Below, piece by piece: positions 33,381 to 44,440 of a stretch of DNA of 64,000 nt. Position numbers and translations under genes: made by a program. The number at the start of each line of letters is the position of its first letter. Within the stretch, counting starts at the first letter, position 1. The stretch covers positions 22,856-86,855 of the forward strand of contig JADMJV010000096.1 in assembly GCA_018780265.1 (NCBI GenBank), given 5' to 3'. This DNA is from a bacterium. GTDB lineage: Bacteria > Vulcanimicrobiota > Xenobia > Xenobiales > JADMJV01. The notes beneath the pieces were generated by a model. The model saw nothing but the letters and a program-made list of their open reading frames with translations, was not told where the DNA came from and ran no database searches.

Positions 33381-34129
33381 CCGCCATATAGCTGCATGGC
33401 GGGGACGGTAGCGGAATACACCCCGTGAGTAGCCCGGGCCATCTCTTCGGCCGACCAATCGGGGTGCTGCTTGGCCAACGCCAGCAGCGACTCATGAGCC
33501 ACCTGGTTGGTGGTAATCGGCACGGGCGAAGCCACAATATATTCGCTGACCTCTCGAAGCCTATCCACCACAGCCGGTTGCCCCATAGAACAGGCCTCCA
33601 GAGCCAGCAGAGAAATCTCCTGCCCGGTCGCCTCCTCCGCCTCGCGGATGGCATGACGAAAATCGTCCACACTCATGCGCTGCCCGCGGCTATCGCTGAG
33701 CAGGCCCGCCTCGCCCGCGCCGTGACTCGACACAAAAAGAGCGTATTTCTGGGCCGGGTAGGCCTGCATCGACTGAACCAGAAAATCGCGAAGATGACGC
33801 CAATCACTGGGGCGAGTCTGATCTGCTGAGCCAATCAGGGGAGAACTGGACTCGGCCGCACTATCTTGCTGGCGCACTTCAAAGGTCTTTTGGCCACGCC
33901 AATTGGTAGCGCTGGCAATAGGGCTCGACCCACCCACCAACCTGGACAGCAAAGACTTAAGGCTCCACTCAGGCTGGCCGCGATAGAGGCTGGCCACCAC
34001 CTGCACCTGGTCCGAGCTGCCCTCGGCGTGCAAACGGGCCAGATTGGCCGTCACCGACTCGCGCAGGTTGTTATCCCCGTTGAGATAGTGCAGAAAGGTC
34101 CATTGCCGTTGAGGCGCGCCGATATTCAC
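33368..34129 (-). CDS. Clostripain-related cysteine peptidase (C11)
   Basis: WTFLHYLNGDNNL, YPAQKYAL..SSHGAG (His), LALEACSMG (Cys). Confidence 0.85.
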   Translation of the reverse strand: MNIGAPQRQWTFLHYLNGDNNLRESVTANLARLHAEGSSDQVQVVASLYRGQPEWSLKSLLSRLVGGSSPIASATNWRGQKTFEVRQQDSAAESSSPLIGSADQTRPSDWRHLRDFLVQSMQAYPAQKYALFVSSHGAGEAGLLSDSRGQRMSVDDFRHAIREAEEATGQEISLLALEACSMGQPAVVDRLREVSEYIVASPVPITTNQVAHESLLALAKQHPDWSAEEMARATHGVYSATVPAMQLYGGQAQ

Positions 34130-34175
34130 CCTTGCAGGATAGTCTCAGCCCCTGAAAATTCCTGGAAACCGATAA

Positions 34176-34496
34176 CTAGTCGCCCGCGCCCATTTTAGCG
34201 CCTATAGCGGCACCTGCCAGACCGCATCCGATCAGGCCAATCGTGACGCCCAGAATGGGATGACCAAAATAGTTGCCGATGGCCGTTCCGCCAATACCGC
34301 CAACCACGGCCCCGCCCGCAAAACCAACGCCGGCTCCGATCATTCCGCCGAGCATCTTGCCCATAAGCTGACCGTCAAACATCTCTTCCTTCTGACCCGA
34401 GATGGAAACCAGATCTTCGGGCCTGCCGGGCTGAAAGCCCGTCCCGCGGCCGCTCAAAGACCGACCGACCTGAGGTGAATAAGATTGAATCTGCAT
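34176..34496 (-). CDS. Small glycine-zipper membrane protein
   Basis: GAGGGAG SD; GxxxGxxxG-rich C-terminal half. Confidence 0.65.
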   Translation of the reverse strand: MQIQSYSPQVGRSLSGRGTGFQPGRPEDLVSISGQKEEMFDGQLMGKMLGGMIGAGVGFAGGAVVGGIGGTAIGNYFGHPILGVTIGLIGCGLAGAAIGAKMGAGD

Positions 34497-34605
34497 GACT
34501 GCTCCCTCTGACGGGCCTGACCGGCACGTTCTGTAATATTGTGTAACCAAACTACCAGAAGCGGCCTGAAAAGACCCTGAAGACCTTAAAAAATCGAACA
34601 AAGGG

Positions 34606-34634
34606 TTGACAGACGGGCCAAATCCTCATAAATT
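34606..34634 (+). promoter_or_regulatory. Sigma70-type promoter for the rplC-initiated operon
   Basis: TTGACA-17 nt-TAAATT. Confidence 0.72.
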
Positions 34635-34806
34635 AGTCGCTCGGCATACGCGCAAGCGGGACCGACTAAGCCGGCGAACCTCGCCGGTATAGAAAAGGGG
34701 CTGTCCACCGAACAGCCCCTTAAGCGCGTTCCCCACCTTTGGGAAATGTAGCACTGGCGCCGCTAGGCACTTTGGCAGTCCTATGCGTCATTTCGAGGGA
34801 TAACAT

Positions 34807-35433
34807 ATGAAAGCCATTCTAGGTAAGAAGATTGGGATGACCCAGATCTTCGACCCCACCGGCAACGCCGTGCCCGTCACGGTTTTGGAGGTAGGTCCCT
34901 GTCCGGTCATCCAACGGAAAACCCAAGAGAACGACGGCTATCTGGCCGTCCAGTTGGGCTTTGAAGAAATCGGCGAAGCCCGCGCCAAGAAGATCGTCAC
35001 CAAGCCACGCCGCCAGCACTTTGGCAAGTATGGCAAGCCGATCTTCCGCTACCTCAAAGAGGTGCGAGTTGATAACCTCGAAGCCTTCGGTGACCAGGTC
35101 ACCGTCAACATCTTCGACGGCGTCACCAAGGTCGATGTGATTGGAACCTCCAAAGGCAAGGGATTCCAGGGCTGTATGAAGCGTCACAACTTCAACGGCG
35201 GCCCGGCCGGTCACGGCTCCAAGGTTCACCGCCGTCCTGCCTCCACCGGCACCACCCAGATGGGTAGCTTGCCTGGCGGCAAAAAGCCCGGTCAAATGGG
35301 CAACGCCCGCGTCACGGCTCTGGGACTCACCATAGTCCGCCTCGACGCTGAGCGCAATCTCCTGCTCGTCAAAGGCTCCGTACCCGGCCCCAATGGTCGT
35401 CTGGTTACGGTCCGCGAGTCGGGCCGCAAGTAA
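34807..35433 (+). CDS. rplC: 50S ribosomal protein L3
   Basis: GKKIGMTQIF, GTSKGKGFQG. Confidence 0.98.
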   Translation: MKAILGKKIGMTQIFDPTGNAVPVTVLEVGPCPVIQRKTQENDGYLAVQLGFEEIGEARAKKIVTKPRRQHFGKYGKPIFRYLKEVRVDNLEAFGDQVTVNIFDGVTKVDVIGTSKGKGFQGCMKRHNFNGGPAGHGSKVHRRPASTGTTQMGSLPGGKKPGQMGNARVTALGLTIVRLDAERNLLLVKGSVPGPNGRLVTVRESGRK

Positions 35434-35446
35434 GGAGACGACGCAA

Positions 35447-36088
35447 ATGCCTAAACTTCCACTCGTTGATATGGCCGGCAAAGTCGTCGGTGACATCGAA
35501 CTCAAAGACGGCGTCTTCAATGCCGACTACAAGGAATCTCTGATTCACCAAATTTACGTAGGACTGATGGCCAACAAGCGCCACGGTACCCACGACACCA
35601 AGGGTAAGGGCGAAGTGCGCGGCGGCGGCAAAAAGCCGTGGCGTCAAAAAGGTACCGGCAATGCCCGTCACGGCAGCCGACGCTCCCCTATCTGGAAGGG
35701 TGGCGGAGTCACCTTTGGCCCCACCCCCCGCAAATACACCCAGGTATTGCCCAAGACCATGCGTCACGCGGCCATGCGCTCGGCCCTCAGCCAACGCGTT
35801 CGCGAATCCAACTTCACCGCCCTCAGCGAAGTGAAGCTGGACGGCTACAAGACCAGGCCCATTGTCGAGATGCTCAAGCAACTCACCCAGGATGACCACT
35901 CGGTCAGCACTTCCCACACCCTGATCCTCATCGGAAGTCAGGACAAAGTGGTCATGAAGTCAGCCGCTAACATCCCCGGTGTGGAAGTGATTGTGGCCGA
36001 CCTCGTCAATGTCGTCCACATCGTCAACAGCAAGCGCATCCTGGCCACCAAGGACGCCATCAAGAAATTGGAGGAAGTTCTCTCGTGA
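35447..36088 (+). CDS. rplD: 50S ribosomal protein L4
   Basis: KKPWRQKGTGNARHGS; TAAGGAG SD before ATG 35447. Confidence 0.98.
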   Translation: MPKLPLVDMAGKVVGDIELKDGVFNADYKESLIHQIYVGLMANKRHGTHDTKGKGEVRGGGKKPWRQKGTGNARHGSRRSPIWKGGGVTFGPTPRKYTQVLPKTMRHAAMRSALSQRVRESNFTALSEVKLDGYKTRPIVEMLKQLTQDDHSVSTSHTLILIGSQDKVVMKSAANIPGVEVIVADLVNVVHIVNSKRILATKDAIKKLEEVLS

Positions 36089-36429
36089 GCCGCCCTGCAA
36101 AACCCGTATCCAGCGTCGCCGATCTCAAGTGGATGACTGCCCATGACATCATCCGCAAGCCGATCGTGACGGAACAATCGATGAATCTGTCGGCCGAAAA
36201 CAAGTACACCTTCGAAGTGAACTTGCGCGCCAACAAGATCGAGATTCGCAATGCCATCCAGGACATCTTCAAGGTGAAGGTGACCAAAGTCACTACCAGC
36301 ATTCTGCCCGGCAAAGTGAAACGCCGCGGTAAAGTGGTGGGCACTACCTCGGAACGCAAGCGGGCCGTGGTAACTCTCGCCGAGGGGCATCAGATTCAAA
36401 TCGACAACCGCCCCTTGTTTGAGGTCTAA
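36085..36429 (+). CDS. rplW: 50S ribosomal protein L23
   Basis: IIRKPIVTE, YTFEV..ANKIEI, KRAVVTL. Confidence 0.96.
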   Translation: MSRPAKPVSSVADLKWMTAHDIIRKPIVTEQSMNLSAENKYTFEVNLRANKIEIRNAIQDIFKVKVTKVTTSILPGKVKRRGKVVGTTSERKRAVVTLAEGHQIQIDNRPLFEV

Positions 36430-36489
36430 AGACAACCCACTACGCAAGTCCTGACAGGGCCACGCCCGAGGACAGAAAGGAACTCCAAG

Positions 36490-37314
36490 ATGGCAACAAG
36501 GAATTATAAACCGACCAGTCCCGGACGACGCTTCATGAGCGTGGCCACGTTTGCCGAAATTACCACTTCGGAACCGGAGCGCAGCCTGCTCACCACGGTA
36601 AAGAAAACTGCCGGCCGCAACTCTCAGGGACGCGTCACAGCCCGCCATCGTGGCGGCGGACACCGTCGTCACTACCGAATTATCGATTGGAAGCGCACGA
36701 AAGACGGAGTCCCCGGCAAGGTCGCCACCATCGAGTATGATCCCAACCGCACCGCGTTCATCGCCCTGATTCATTACGCAGATGGCGACAAGCGCTACAT
36801 CCTGGCGGCCGAAGGAATGAAAGTGGGCGATGCCGTCCACTCTGGCGAGGAGGCCGACATCAAAACCGGCAACAACTTGCCGGTCCGCAAGATCCCTGTC
36901 GGCACCTTGCTCCACAACATCGAGCTCTACCCCGGCCGCGGCGCCCAGATGGTGCGCGCAGCCGGTGCATCCGCTCAATTGATGGCCAAAGACGGCAACA
37001 AAGCTCTGCTGCGTCTGCCTTCTGGCGAAGTGCGTCAGGTCTCTCACGATTGCCGCGCCACCATCGGTCAGGTGGGCAATCTTGACAACGAAAACATCAG
37101 CGGCGGCAAGGCCGGGCGCTCACGCTGGCGGGGCATTCGTCCCCGTATCCGCGGTGTGGCCACCAACCCCTGCGATCACCCCCACGGTGGTGGTGAAGCT
37201 CGCTCTACTCCGGGCCGTGCCAGTTGCACTCCCTGGGGTAAGCCCGCACTGGGTTACAAGACCCGCAAAAAGAAGGCCAGTGACGCGTTGATCGTGCGTC
37301 GGCGGAAAAAGTAG
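36490..37314 (+). CDS. rplB: 50S ribosomal protein L2
   Basis: [17 protein letters not shown]. Confidence 0.99.
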   Translation: MATRNYKPTSPGRRFMSVATFAEITTSEPERSLLTTVKKTAGRNSQGRVTARHRGGGHRRHYRIIDWKRTKDGVPGKVATIEYDPNRTAFIALIHYADGDKRYILAAEGMKVGDAVHSGEEADIKTGNNLPVRKIPVGTLLHNIELYPGRGAQMVRAAGASAQLMAKDGNKALLRLPSGEVRQVSHDCRATIGQVGNLDNENISGGKAGRSRWRGIRPRIRGVATNPCDHPHGGGEARSTPGRASCTPWGKPALGYKTRKKKASDALIVRRRKK

Positions 37315-37325
37315 GAGGTTGAACC

Positions 37326-37610
37326 GTGTCTCGTTCCGTTAAAAAAGGCCCGTACATCGACTATGTTCTGCAAAAGAAAATCGATGCTATGAACGCCAAG
37401 AAAGAAAAGAAGGTCATCAAGACCTGGTCGCGTGCCGCCACCATCACCCCCGAGATGGTTGAGCACACGTTGGCCGTTCACGATGGACGCAAGCACGTGC
37501 CGATCTACGTCAATGAACAGATGGTAGGTCACAAGCTCGGCGAGTTCGCTCCCACCCGTCTCTATCGAGGCCATTCCGGCGGCAAAGCCGAGAAGAAAGG
37601 CAAGAGGTAG
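37326..37610 (+). CDS. rpsS: 30S ribosomal protein S19
   Basis: [23 protein letters not shown]. Confidence 0.99.
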   Translation: MSRSVKKGPYIDYVLQKKIDAMNAKKEKKVIKTWSRAATITPEMVEHTLAVHDGRKHVPIYVNEQMVGHKLGEFAPTRLYRGHSGGKAEKKGKR

Positions 37611-37618
37611 TAGCAGCC

Positions 37619-38041
37619 GTGGCTCAGGAAGATCCCATCGTAAAGAAACCGAAGTCTAAGGCTCGCCCGCGCAAAGCTTTGCCTGTCTTTGAAGGTCCCG
37701 AAGTTCGGGCCGTAGCCAAATGGATCCGCACGGCGCCGCGCAAGCTGCGTCTGGTGGCCGATATGGTTCGCGGCAAGAAGGCCAGCGAAGCCGTTCACCT
37801 GCTTGAATTCACCAACAAGCGCGCCGCGCGCACGCTCAACAAAGTTCTCAAGTCGGCGATTGCCAACGCGGAGAACAACCACGAGTTGGCAACTGAAAAG
37901 TTGGTGATCTCTCAACTCTACGTAGACCAGGGTCCCATGTTCAAGCGCTATCTGCCCAAATCGCGCGGCCGCGCCACTCCCGTGCTCAAGTACGGAAGTC
38001 ACATCACTGTAGTCGTGCGTCAACGTCAGGAGGGCATCTAA
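37619..38041 (+). CDS. rplV: 50S ribosomal protein L22 (N-terminal extension)
   Basis: [28 protein letters not shown]. Confidence 0.97.
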   Translation: MAQEDPIVKKPKSKARPRKALPVFEGPEVRAVAKWIRTAPRKLRLVADMVRGKKASEAVHLLEFTNKRAARTLNKVLKSAIANAENNHELATEKLVISQLYVDQGPMFKRYLPKSRGRATPVLKYGSHITVVVRQRQEGI

Positions 38042-38042
38042 T

Positions 38043-38696
38043 ATGGGTCAGAAGATTCATCCAATCGGACTTCGTCTGGGTATCATCCGTGGTTGGGATT
38101 CTCGCTGGTTCCAGGAGAAAAACCTGGCCGAATGGATTCGCGAGGACTTCCAAATCCGCAAATTTGTGCTGGCTCAGTACAGACACGCCAGCATCTCGCG
38201 CATCGAAATCGAGCGAGCCAACAAAGTGCATGTCATCATCAACACCGGCAAACCCGGTCTGGTGATCGGCAAGCGCGGATCGGGCATCGAAGACCTGCGC
38301 AAGAAGCTGGAAAAGCTGACGCAAAAGCCCATCAAGATCTCCGTCAAAGAGATCAAGCAGCCTGAGCTAGATGCCGAACTGGTCGCCCAGAACATCTGCG
38401 AAGCGCTGGAGAAACGCGTGGCCTTCCGCCGCGCCATGAAGCAGTCGATGAGCAGAACCATGAAGGCCGGTGCTAAAGGCGTCAAGGTTCAGATCTCCGG
38501 CCGCTTAGGTGGCGCCGAAATCGCCCGCACCGAGCGTAATCACCAGGGCAAGGTGCCGCTGCACACGCTGCGCGCCGACATCGACTATTCACTACATGAA
38601 GCACGCACTCCGGCCGGCCGCATCGGCGTTAAAGTCTGGGTGTATCGCGGCGAGATTCTGCCCCAACGGGCCGAAACCCCCGCTGAGACTCTCTAG
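38043..38696 (+). CDS. rpsC: 30S ribosomal protein S3
   Basis: [23 protein letters not shown]. Confidence 0.99.
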   Translation: MGQKIHPIGLRLGIIRGWDSRWFQEKNLAEWIREDFQIRKFVLAQYRHASISRIEIERANKVHVIINTGKPGLVIGKRGSGIEDLRKKLEKLTQKPIKISVKEIKQPELDAELVAQNICEALEKRVAFRRAMKQSMSRTMKAGAKGVKVQISGRLGGAEIARTERNHQGKVPLHTLRADIDYSLHEARTPAGRIGVKVWVYRGEILPQRAETPAETL

Positions 38697-38704
38697 GAGG
38701 ACCC

Positions 38705-39133
38705 ATGCTAAGCCCCAAGCGAGTAAAACATCGCAAAGTTCATCGCGGCCGTATGAAAGGCAAGTCACACCGTGGCAGCACGGTTTTCTTCGGTCAGTTC
38801 GCCCTCCAGTCGATGGAGCCGTGCTGGCTGACCGCCCGCCAAATCGAAGCCGCTCGTATCGCAATGACCCGCTACATCAAACGTGGCGGTAAGGTATGGA
38901 TTCGTGTCTTCCCCGACAAGTCCGTGACCAAGAAGCCAGCCGAAACTCGAATGGGTTCCGGCAAGGGTTCTCCGGAATTCTGGGTAGCCGTCATTCGACC
39001 CGGCCGCATCATGTTTGAAATCGCGGGCGTTTCCGAGGAAGCCGCGCGCGAGGCCATGCGCCTGGCTGCTAACAAACTGCCTATGAAGACGCGCTTCATG
39101 GTTCGTGAAGAACTAGGAGGTGACCAGTCATGA
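38705..39133 (+). CDS. rplP: 50S ribosomal protein L16
   Basis: IRVFPDK, RMGSGKG. Confidence 0.99.
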   Translation: MLSPKRVKHRKVHRGRMKGKSHRGSTVFFGQFALQSMEPCWLTARQIEAARIAMTRYIKRGGKVWIRVFPDKSVTKKPAETRMGSGKGSPEFWVAVIRPGRIMFEIAGVSEEAAREAMRLAANKLPMKTRFMVREELGGDQS

Positions 39134-39339
39134 AACTGAACGACTTCAAAAAGAACTTGCGCAGCAAGGACAAGGGCCAACTGCGGGACGAGTTGATCCA
39201 GACCAAGCAAGAGCTGTTTAATCTCCGCTTTATGCTGGCCACTGGCGGCTCCAACAACAATGCCGAAGTCCACCGCGTCAAAAAAGAAATCGCTCGTATC
39301 CACACGATTCTGCGCGAAAAGGAGCTCACCAATGAGTGA
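39130..39339 (+). CDS. rpmC: 50S ribosomal protein L29
   Basis: [20 protein letters not shown]; position. Confidence 0.95.
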   Translation: MKLNDFKKNLRSKDKGQLRDELIQTKQELFNLRFMLATGGSNNNAEVHRVKKEIARIHTILREKELTNE

Positions 39340-39607
39340 AGAGCAAACAACCGAAACCCGCGGCCGTCGCAAGACCCGTGTGGGTGTAGTGGTGAGCGAC
39401 AAGATGGACAAGACCGTAGTGGTGGCTGTCACCCGTCAGTTCCCCCATCCGCTCTACAAGAAGATCATCAAGCGTACCACCAAGTACAAGGCTCACGACG
39501 AGGACAACTCTTGTGGCGTAGGCGACGTGGTGCGCATTGCGGAAACCCGTCCTATTTCGCGTGACAAGCGTTGGCGGATCCAGATTATCCTCGAGAAGGC
39601 TCGCTAG
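39332..39607 (+). CDS. rpsQ: 30S ribosomal protein S17
   Basis: [25 protein letters not shown]. Confidence 0.98.
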   Translation: MSEEQTTETRGRRKTRVGVVVSDKMDKTVVVAVTRQFPHPLYKKIIKRTTKYKAHDEDNSCGVGDVVRIAETRPISRDKRWRIQIILEKAR

Positions 39608-39616
39608 GAGAGAGAC

Positions 39617-39985
39617 ATGATTCAACAAGAAAGTCGACTCCGCGTCGCCGATAACTCGGGCGCCAAAGAACTGCTCTGCATTCGAGTGCTGGGCGGCTCC
39701 ACGCGTAAATATGCAGGCGTGGGCGACATCATTGTCGCCGCCGTCAAGACTGCCACCCCCGGTGGCGCCGTCAAAAAAGGCGACGTGGTCAAGGCTGTGG
39801 TTGTCCGCACCAAAACTCGTGTGCGCCGCAATGACGGCTCCTACATCGGCTTTGACGACAACGCCGCGGTCATCATTCGTGAAGACCGCAACCCGCGCGG
39901 CACCCGCATCTTCGGACCGGTAGCCCGCGAACTGCGCGAGCGCGATTTCATGAAAATCGTCTCTCTCGCCCCGGAAACCCTATAG
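39617..39985 (+). CDS. rplN: 50S ribosomal protein L14
   Basis: [20 protein letters not shown]. Confidence 0.99.
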   Translation: MIQQESRLRVADNSGAKELLCIRVLGGSTRKYAGVGDIIVAAVKTATPGGAVKKGDVVKAVVVRTKTRVRRNDGSYIGFDDNAAVIIREDRNPRGTRIFGPVARELRERDFMKIVSLAPETL

Positions 39986-40036
39986 GATTATGCCGCAAAT
40001 GCCGGAGCACAAAGACGTTCCGGCGGGAGGAAGTAA

Positions 40037-40669
40037 ATGGCTGTCAAGAAACCCGAACAGAAGGGTCGTTCCAAGGGTCCCATCGACCTGGGTGGTCCCA
40101 CCACTCACGAGCCTTTCAAAAAGATTCCCCTTCGCCTGAAAGAGAAATACCGCAGCGAAATCGTTCCGGCTCTCAAGGAAAAGTTCAACTATAAAAACGT
40201 GATGCAGGTGCCCCGCCTCGAGAAGGTGGTCATCAACATCGGTGTTGGTGAAGCCATCGGCAACCCCAAGTTGCTCGATATGGCCTACGCCGAACTCGGT
40301 CACATCGCCGGCCAACGCCCGGTGGTAACCAAAGCGCGTAACTCCATCTCCAACTTCAAACTGCGTGAAGGCGTCAAGATCGGCACCAAGGTTACCTTGC
40401 GCGCCAGTCGCATGTGGGCTTTCTTAGACAAGCTGTTTTCGGTGGTGCTGCCGCGTATCCGCGACTTCCGTGGTCTGCCACCCAAGTCGTTCGACGGTCG
40501 TGGCAACTATGCCATCGGCCTCAAAGAGCAGACCATTTTCCCGGAAATTCAATACGACAAGGTGGAAAAAGTCCGCGGGATGGACATCAACATCGTGACC
40601 ACCGCCAACACGGATGAAGAGGCCTCGGAGTTTCTCAAACTCCTGGGCTGCCCCATCCGGACTCAGTAA
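40037..40669 (+). CDS. rplE: 50S ribosomal protein L5 (~30 aa N-terminal extension)
   Basis: [29 protein letters not shown]. Confidence 0.98.
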   Translation: MAVKKPEQKGRSKGPIDLGGPTTHEPFKKIPLRLKEKYRSEIVPALKEKFNYKNVMQVPRLEKVVINIGVGEAIGNPKLLDMAYAELGHIAGQRPVVTKARNSISNFKLREGVKIGTKVTLRASRMWAFLDKLFSVVLPRIRDFRGLPPKSFDGRGNYAIGLKEQTIFPEIQYDKVEKVRGMDINIVTTANTDEEASEFLKLLGCPIRTQ

Positions 40670-40681
40670 GGAGAGTCGACC

Positions 40682-41080
40682 ATGCCGACCACAGACCCCA
40701 TTGCAGATATGCTGACCCGGGTGCGCAACGCCAACAAGTCTCTTCACGAGCAGGTCGACGTGCCCGCCTCCAAGATGAAGGAGCGCATTGCCAAAGTGCT
40801 TAAGCGCGAAGGCTTCATCAAGGATTATCAGATGATTCAAGCTGGAGTTCAGGGTGTGCTGCGCATCCAGATGAAATACAGCACCGAGCGCGACCGAGTG
40901 ATCAATGGCATCACCCGCGTCAGCAAGCCGGGCCTGCGTCGCTACGTAGGCAAAGAAGAGATCCCCAACATTTACGGCGGCATGGGCGTCGTCATCCTAT
41001 CCACCCCAAAGGGCGTTATGTCCGGCCGCAAGGCTCGCAAACAGGGTGTAGGTGGCGAAGTCCTGGCCTACGTGTGGTAG
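40682..41080 (+). CDS. rpsH: 30S ribosomal protein S8
   Basis: DPIADMLTRVRN, SKPGLRRY, GGEVL. Confidence 0.99.
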   Translation: MPTTDPIADMLTRVRNANKSLHEQVDVPASKMKERIAKVLKREGFIKDYQMIQAGVQGVLRIQMKYSTERDRVINGITRVSKPGLRRYVGKEEIPNIYGGMGVVILSTPKGVMSGRKARKQGVGGEVLAYVW

Positions 41081-41093
41081 CGAGGAGCGGGCA

Positions 41094-41657
41094 ATGTCAC
41101 GAATTGGCAAAAAACCTATTGAAATACCCAAGGGCGTCACGGTAACCGTCAACGACGGTAAAGTTACGGTCAAGGGCCCCAAGGGCGAAATGGCCCACCA
41201 CATCCATCCGGAACTGAAAGTTTCGGTGGATGGGTCCAACCTGGTCCTGGAAAATCCGGATCATCAGAACCGTGCCCTGAAGTCAGCCCACGGTCTCAGC
41301 CGAACGTTGTTGTCCAACGCCGTCACTGGCGTGTCTACGGGCTTCACCAAGTCGTTGGAGATCATCGGGGTTGGCTACCGTGCCGTCCAACAGGGCAAGG
41401 GTATCCAGCTTCAACTGGGCTACTCGCACCCCATCGATATCGCAGAAATTCCCGACATCACCATGGACGTTGAGGCCGACAATCGCGCCAAGACCAACTT
41501 TATCCATGTGCGTGGTGTGGATCGTCAGAAAGTCGGCCAGGTGGCCGCCAATCTGCGCGAACTGCGTCCTCCGGAGCCTTACAAGGGTAAGGGCGTCCGC
41601 TACATCGGCGAAAAGATCCAGCGCAAAATGGGTAAAGCCGGAAAGGCCGGTAAATAA
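41094..41657 (+). CDS. rplF: 50S ribosomal protein L6
   Basis: [16 protein letters not shown]. Confidence 0.99.
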   Translation: MSRIGKKPIEIPKGVTVTVNDGKVTVKGPKGEMAHHIHPELKVSVDGSNLVLENPDHQNRALKSAHGLSRTLLSNAVTGVSTGFTKSLEIIGVGYRAVQQGKGIQLQLGYSHPIDIAEIPDITMDVEADNRAKTNFIHVRGVDRQKVGQVAANLRELRPPEPYKGKGVRYIGEKIQRKMGKAGKAGK

Positions 41658-41659
41658 CC

Positions 41660-42022
41660 GTGATCAAGAAAGTTTCACGCAACGTAACGCGCACACAGCG
41701 CCACCTGCGCGTGCGCAAGCGCCTCTCGGGTTCAACCGAGCGGCCCCGCCTGGTGGTCTATCGCAGCCTCAATCACGTCTACGTGCAGATCATCGACGAC
41801 AGCGTGGGCAACACGCTGGCCGCCGCCAGCAGCCTCGACCCCTCTCTCAAGGGACAGAAATTGTCGCTTAAAGAGAAGGCCGTCAAGGTGGGTGAGTTGA
41901 TCGGTCTACGCAGCACCGAAAAGGGCATCACCCAGGTCGTCTTTGACCGCGGTGGTTACAAGTATCACGGTCGAGTGGCCGCTCTGGCCGAGGCTGCCCG
42001 CAGCAAGGGTCTGGAATTCTAG
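41660..42022 (+). CDS. rplR: 50S ribosomal protein L18
   Basis: [23 protein letters not shown]. Confidence 0.99.
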   Translation: MIKKVSRNVTRTQRHLRVRKRLSGSTERPRLVVYRSLNHVYVQIIDDSVGNTLAAASSLDPSLKGQKLSLKEKAVKVGELIGLRSTEKGITQVVFDRGGYKYHGRVAALAEAARSKGLEF

Positions 42023-42031
42023 GAGGACATC

Positions 42032-42592
42032 ATGGGAAGACACATCGATCCAGACAATCTGGACCTGAAAGAACATTTGGTTCGCATCAACCGCGTGTCC
42101 AAGGTGGTCAAAGGCGGCAAACGCTTTGCCTTCTCCGCCCTGGTGGTGGTGGGTGACCAAAATGGTCACGTCGGCGTTGGCCTGGGCAAAGCGGGCGAAG
42201 TCCCCGAAGCCATCCGCAAAGCCAACGAAGACGCCAAGAAAAACTTGATCCGCGTGCCCATGGTGCGTCACACGATTCCCCACGCTCACACCGCCGAATT
42301 TGGCGCCACCAAAGTGATGATGAAACCGGCTTCGGCCGGCACGGGCGTTATCGCCGGTGGTGCCGTCCGCGCTGTGGTAGAGCTGGCCGGCATCAAGGAC
42401 ATTCTCACCAAGACTTTGGGCTCCAAAAACCCCACCAACGTGGTTTACACGGTGGTCAAGGGTCTCAGTGAGCTGCTCAAGGCCGAAGACGTGGCTGCCC
42501 GCCGTGGTAAGACCGTCGAAGAGCTGGTAGGCAAAAAAGTCGCTGCCGTGATCCAGGAAACCCAGCACGCCGCCGTGCCATCTTATAACTAG
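42032..42592 (+). CDS. rpsE: 30S ribosomal protein S5
   Basis: [19 protein letters not shown]. Confidence 0.99.
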   Translation: MGRHIDPDNLDLKEHLVRINRVSKVVKGGKRFAFSALVVVGDQNGHVGVGLGKAGEVPEAIRKANEDAKKNLIRVPMVRHTIPHAHTAEFGATKVMMKPASAGTGVIAGGAVRAVVELAGIKDILTKTLGSKNPTNVVYTVVKGLSELLKAEDVAARRGKTVEELVGKKVAAVIQETQHAAVPSYN

Positions 42593-42612
42593 TCAAGTCA
42601 AAGGAGTTCATC

Positions 42613-43047
42613 ATGCAACCCAATCAGCTTCGCTCCAACCCGGGCGCCCGCAAGGATTGCCGTCGCGTGGGTCGCGGCGGCAAACTGGGCGCCCAGGCCA
42701 CCCGCGGTCACAAGGGCCAGCGCTCCCGCTCGGGCGGCACCAAACCCGGCTTCGAGGGCGGTCAAACCCCGTGGTATCGCCAGTTGCCCAAATACCGTGG
42801 CTTCAAGAACCATTTCCGCACCGAATACGTGGAAGTCAATTTGAAGCAATTAGAACAATTTGATGCCGATTCGACGGTTACTCCTGAGGCATTGAGGGAA
42901 AAGGGCTTCGTGCGCCATTTGCGCCAACCCATCAAGGTGCTGGGTACGGGAACTTTGAGCAAGAAACTCACGGTTCAACTGCACGCCACCACCGCCTCGG
43001 CCCGTGAGGCAATCGAAAAGGCCGGGGGGAAAGTCGAGGTCATCTAG
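42613..43047 (+). CDS. rplO: 50S ribosomal protein L15
   Basis: RGHKGQ, GFEGGQTP, LPKYRGF. Confidence 0.98.
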   Translation: MQPNQLRSNPGARKDCRRVGRGGKLGAQATRGHKGQRSRSGGTKPGFEGGQTPWYRQLPKYRGFKNHFRTEYVEVNLKQLEQFDADSTVTPEALREKGFVRHLRQPIKVLGTGTLSKKLTVQLHATTASAREAIEKAGGKVEVI

Positions 43048-44351
43048 TGTCGACCCCCAAAGAGGCTATCGCTGAAGCGATGAACAGCCGGGATTTGCGC
43101 AGTCGCATATCCTGGCTGTTTATCGGTTTCTTCATTTTTGCCATCGCCGTGCATATCCCCATCCCGGGCATCAACCGCCCTGTCTGGGAAGCCTTGCTGC
43201 GTCAGGGCGAACTCTTCCAATTGTTGGGAATGTTCACCGGTAACGCCCTCAACAAGTTCTCCATTGTGGCTCTGGGTATCACCCCCTACATCAACGCCAG
43301 CATTATTATGCAACTGTTGACGGTAGTCTCCCCGCAGCTCAAGGACATGCAACGCGAAGGTGGCGACATCGGTCGCCGACAGATTGTGAAGTACACGCGC
43401 TGGCTTACCATTACGCTGTCCTTTGTGCAGTCGACGGTGATGACCACCTCGCTGGCCAGTTTCAAGGAACCCGTCTTTGTCAGCAAGCACCCCATCTTTC
43501 TGGGCGGCCTGGTGCTGACCCTGATGGCCGGCACCTGCTTTATGATCTGGCTGGGCGAGACCATGTCGGAGAAGTCCCTGGGCAGTGGCGTATCCCTGCT
43601 CATCTTCGCCGGCATCGTGATGTCCTACCCCACCTACCTGATGCAGACCCTGCAGGCCACTCAGGCCGGCGGCGCCCGTCAGGCGCTGGGCTTGATCGTC
43701 TTCTTCCTGATGAGCCTGGGCATCGTGGTCTCGATCATTGTGATGACCCTGGCCGTGCGTAAAGTTCCTATCCAGTTTCCCAAGCGCCAGGTGGGCAACC
43801 GCATCATGGGTGGCCAGTCCACCTTTATTCCGGTCAAGGTCAACAACGCGGGCGTGATTTCCATCATCTTCGCCGTGTCCTTGATGTACCTGCCCAACAC
43901 GCTGGTAGGCATGATTCCCCCCTCGGCGCCACCCTGGACGGTGACCTTCAAAGAGTATGTGCAGGCTTTCCTGGACCCGCTGAACCCGTTCTACAACGTG
44001 GCTTACGCCGGAATGGTCATGTTCTTCACCTACTTCTACTCTTCGATCGCCTTCAGCCCTGAAGACATCGCCGACAACCTGAAGAAGCAAGGCGGTTTCA
44101 TCCCTGGCATTCGCCCGGGCCGAGCCACCGCCGAATACCTGGGCCGCCTGCTCAATCGTCTCAACCTGGTATCAGGCGTCTTCCTGGCCTTGCTGGCCAT
44201 CCTGCCCACGTTCATCATGAAGATGACCAACGTGACCAGTTTCTACCTGGGCTCCACCTCGCTGCTCATTATCGTAGGTGTGGCTTTGGACACGATGAAT
44301 CAGATTCAGGCTCGCATGGTGTTGCGAAACTATCAGGGATTCATGAAATAA
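43047..44351 (+). CDS. secY: Preprotein translocase SecY
   Basis: ALGITPYINASII, WLGE, FIPGIRPG, TSLLIIVGV. Confidence 0.98.
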   Translation: MSTPKEAIAEAMNSRDLRSRISWLFIGFFIFAIAVHIPIPGINRPVWEALLRQGELFQLLGMFTGNALNKFSIVALGITPYINASIIMQLLTVVSPQLKDMQREGGDIGRRQIVKYTRWLTITLSFVQSTVMTTSLASFKEPVFVSKHPIFLGGLVLTLMAGTCFMIWLGETMSEKSLGSGVSLLIFAGIVMSYPTYLMQTLQATQAGGARQALGLIVFFLMSLGIVVSIIVMTLAVRKVPIQFPKRQVGNRIMGGQSTFIPVKVNNAGVISIIFAVSLMYLPNTLVGMIPPSAPPWTVTFKEYVQAFLDPLNPFYNVAYAGMVMFFTYFYSSIAFSPEDIADNLKKQGGFIPGIRPGRATAEYLGRLLNRLNLVSGVFLALLAILPTFIMKMTNVTSFYLGSTSLLIIVGVALDTMNQIQARMVLRNYQGFMK

Positions 44352-44385
44352 CAACTCAACTGCAACGCAACTGATGCAGTAATGT

Positions 44386-44421
44386 TCCGCCCGCCCTTCA
44401 AAAAAGGGCGGGCGGAGTTTT
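44386..44421 (+). terminator. Hairpin/terminator between secY and adk
   Basis: TCCGCCCGCCCTT-CAAA-AAAGGGCGGGCGGA followed by GTTTT. Confidence 0.65.
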
Positions 44422-44440
44422 CTGAACGGGGACCTGGTTC

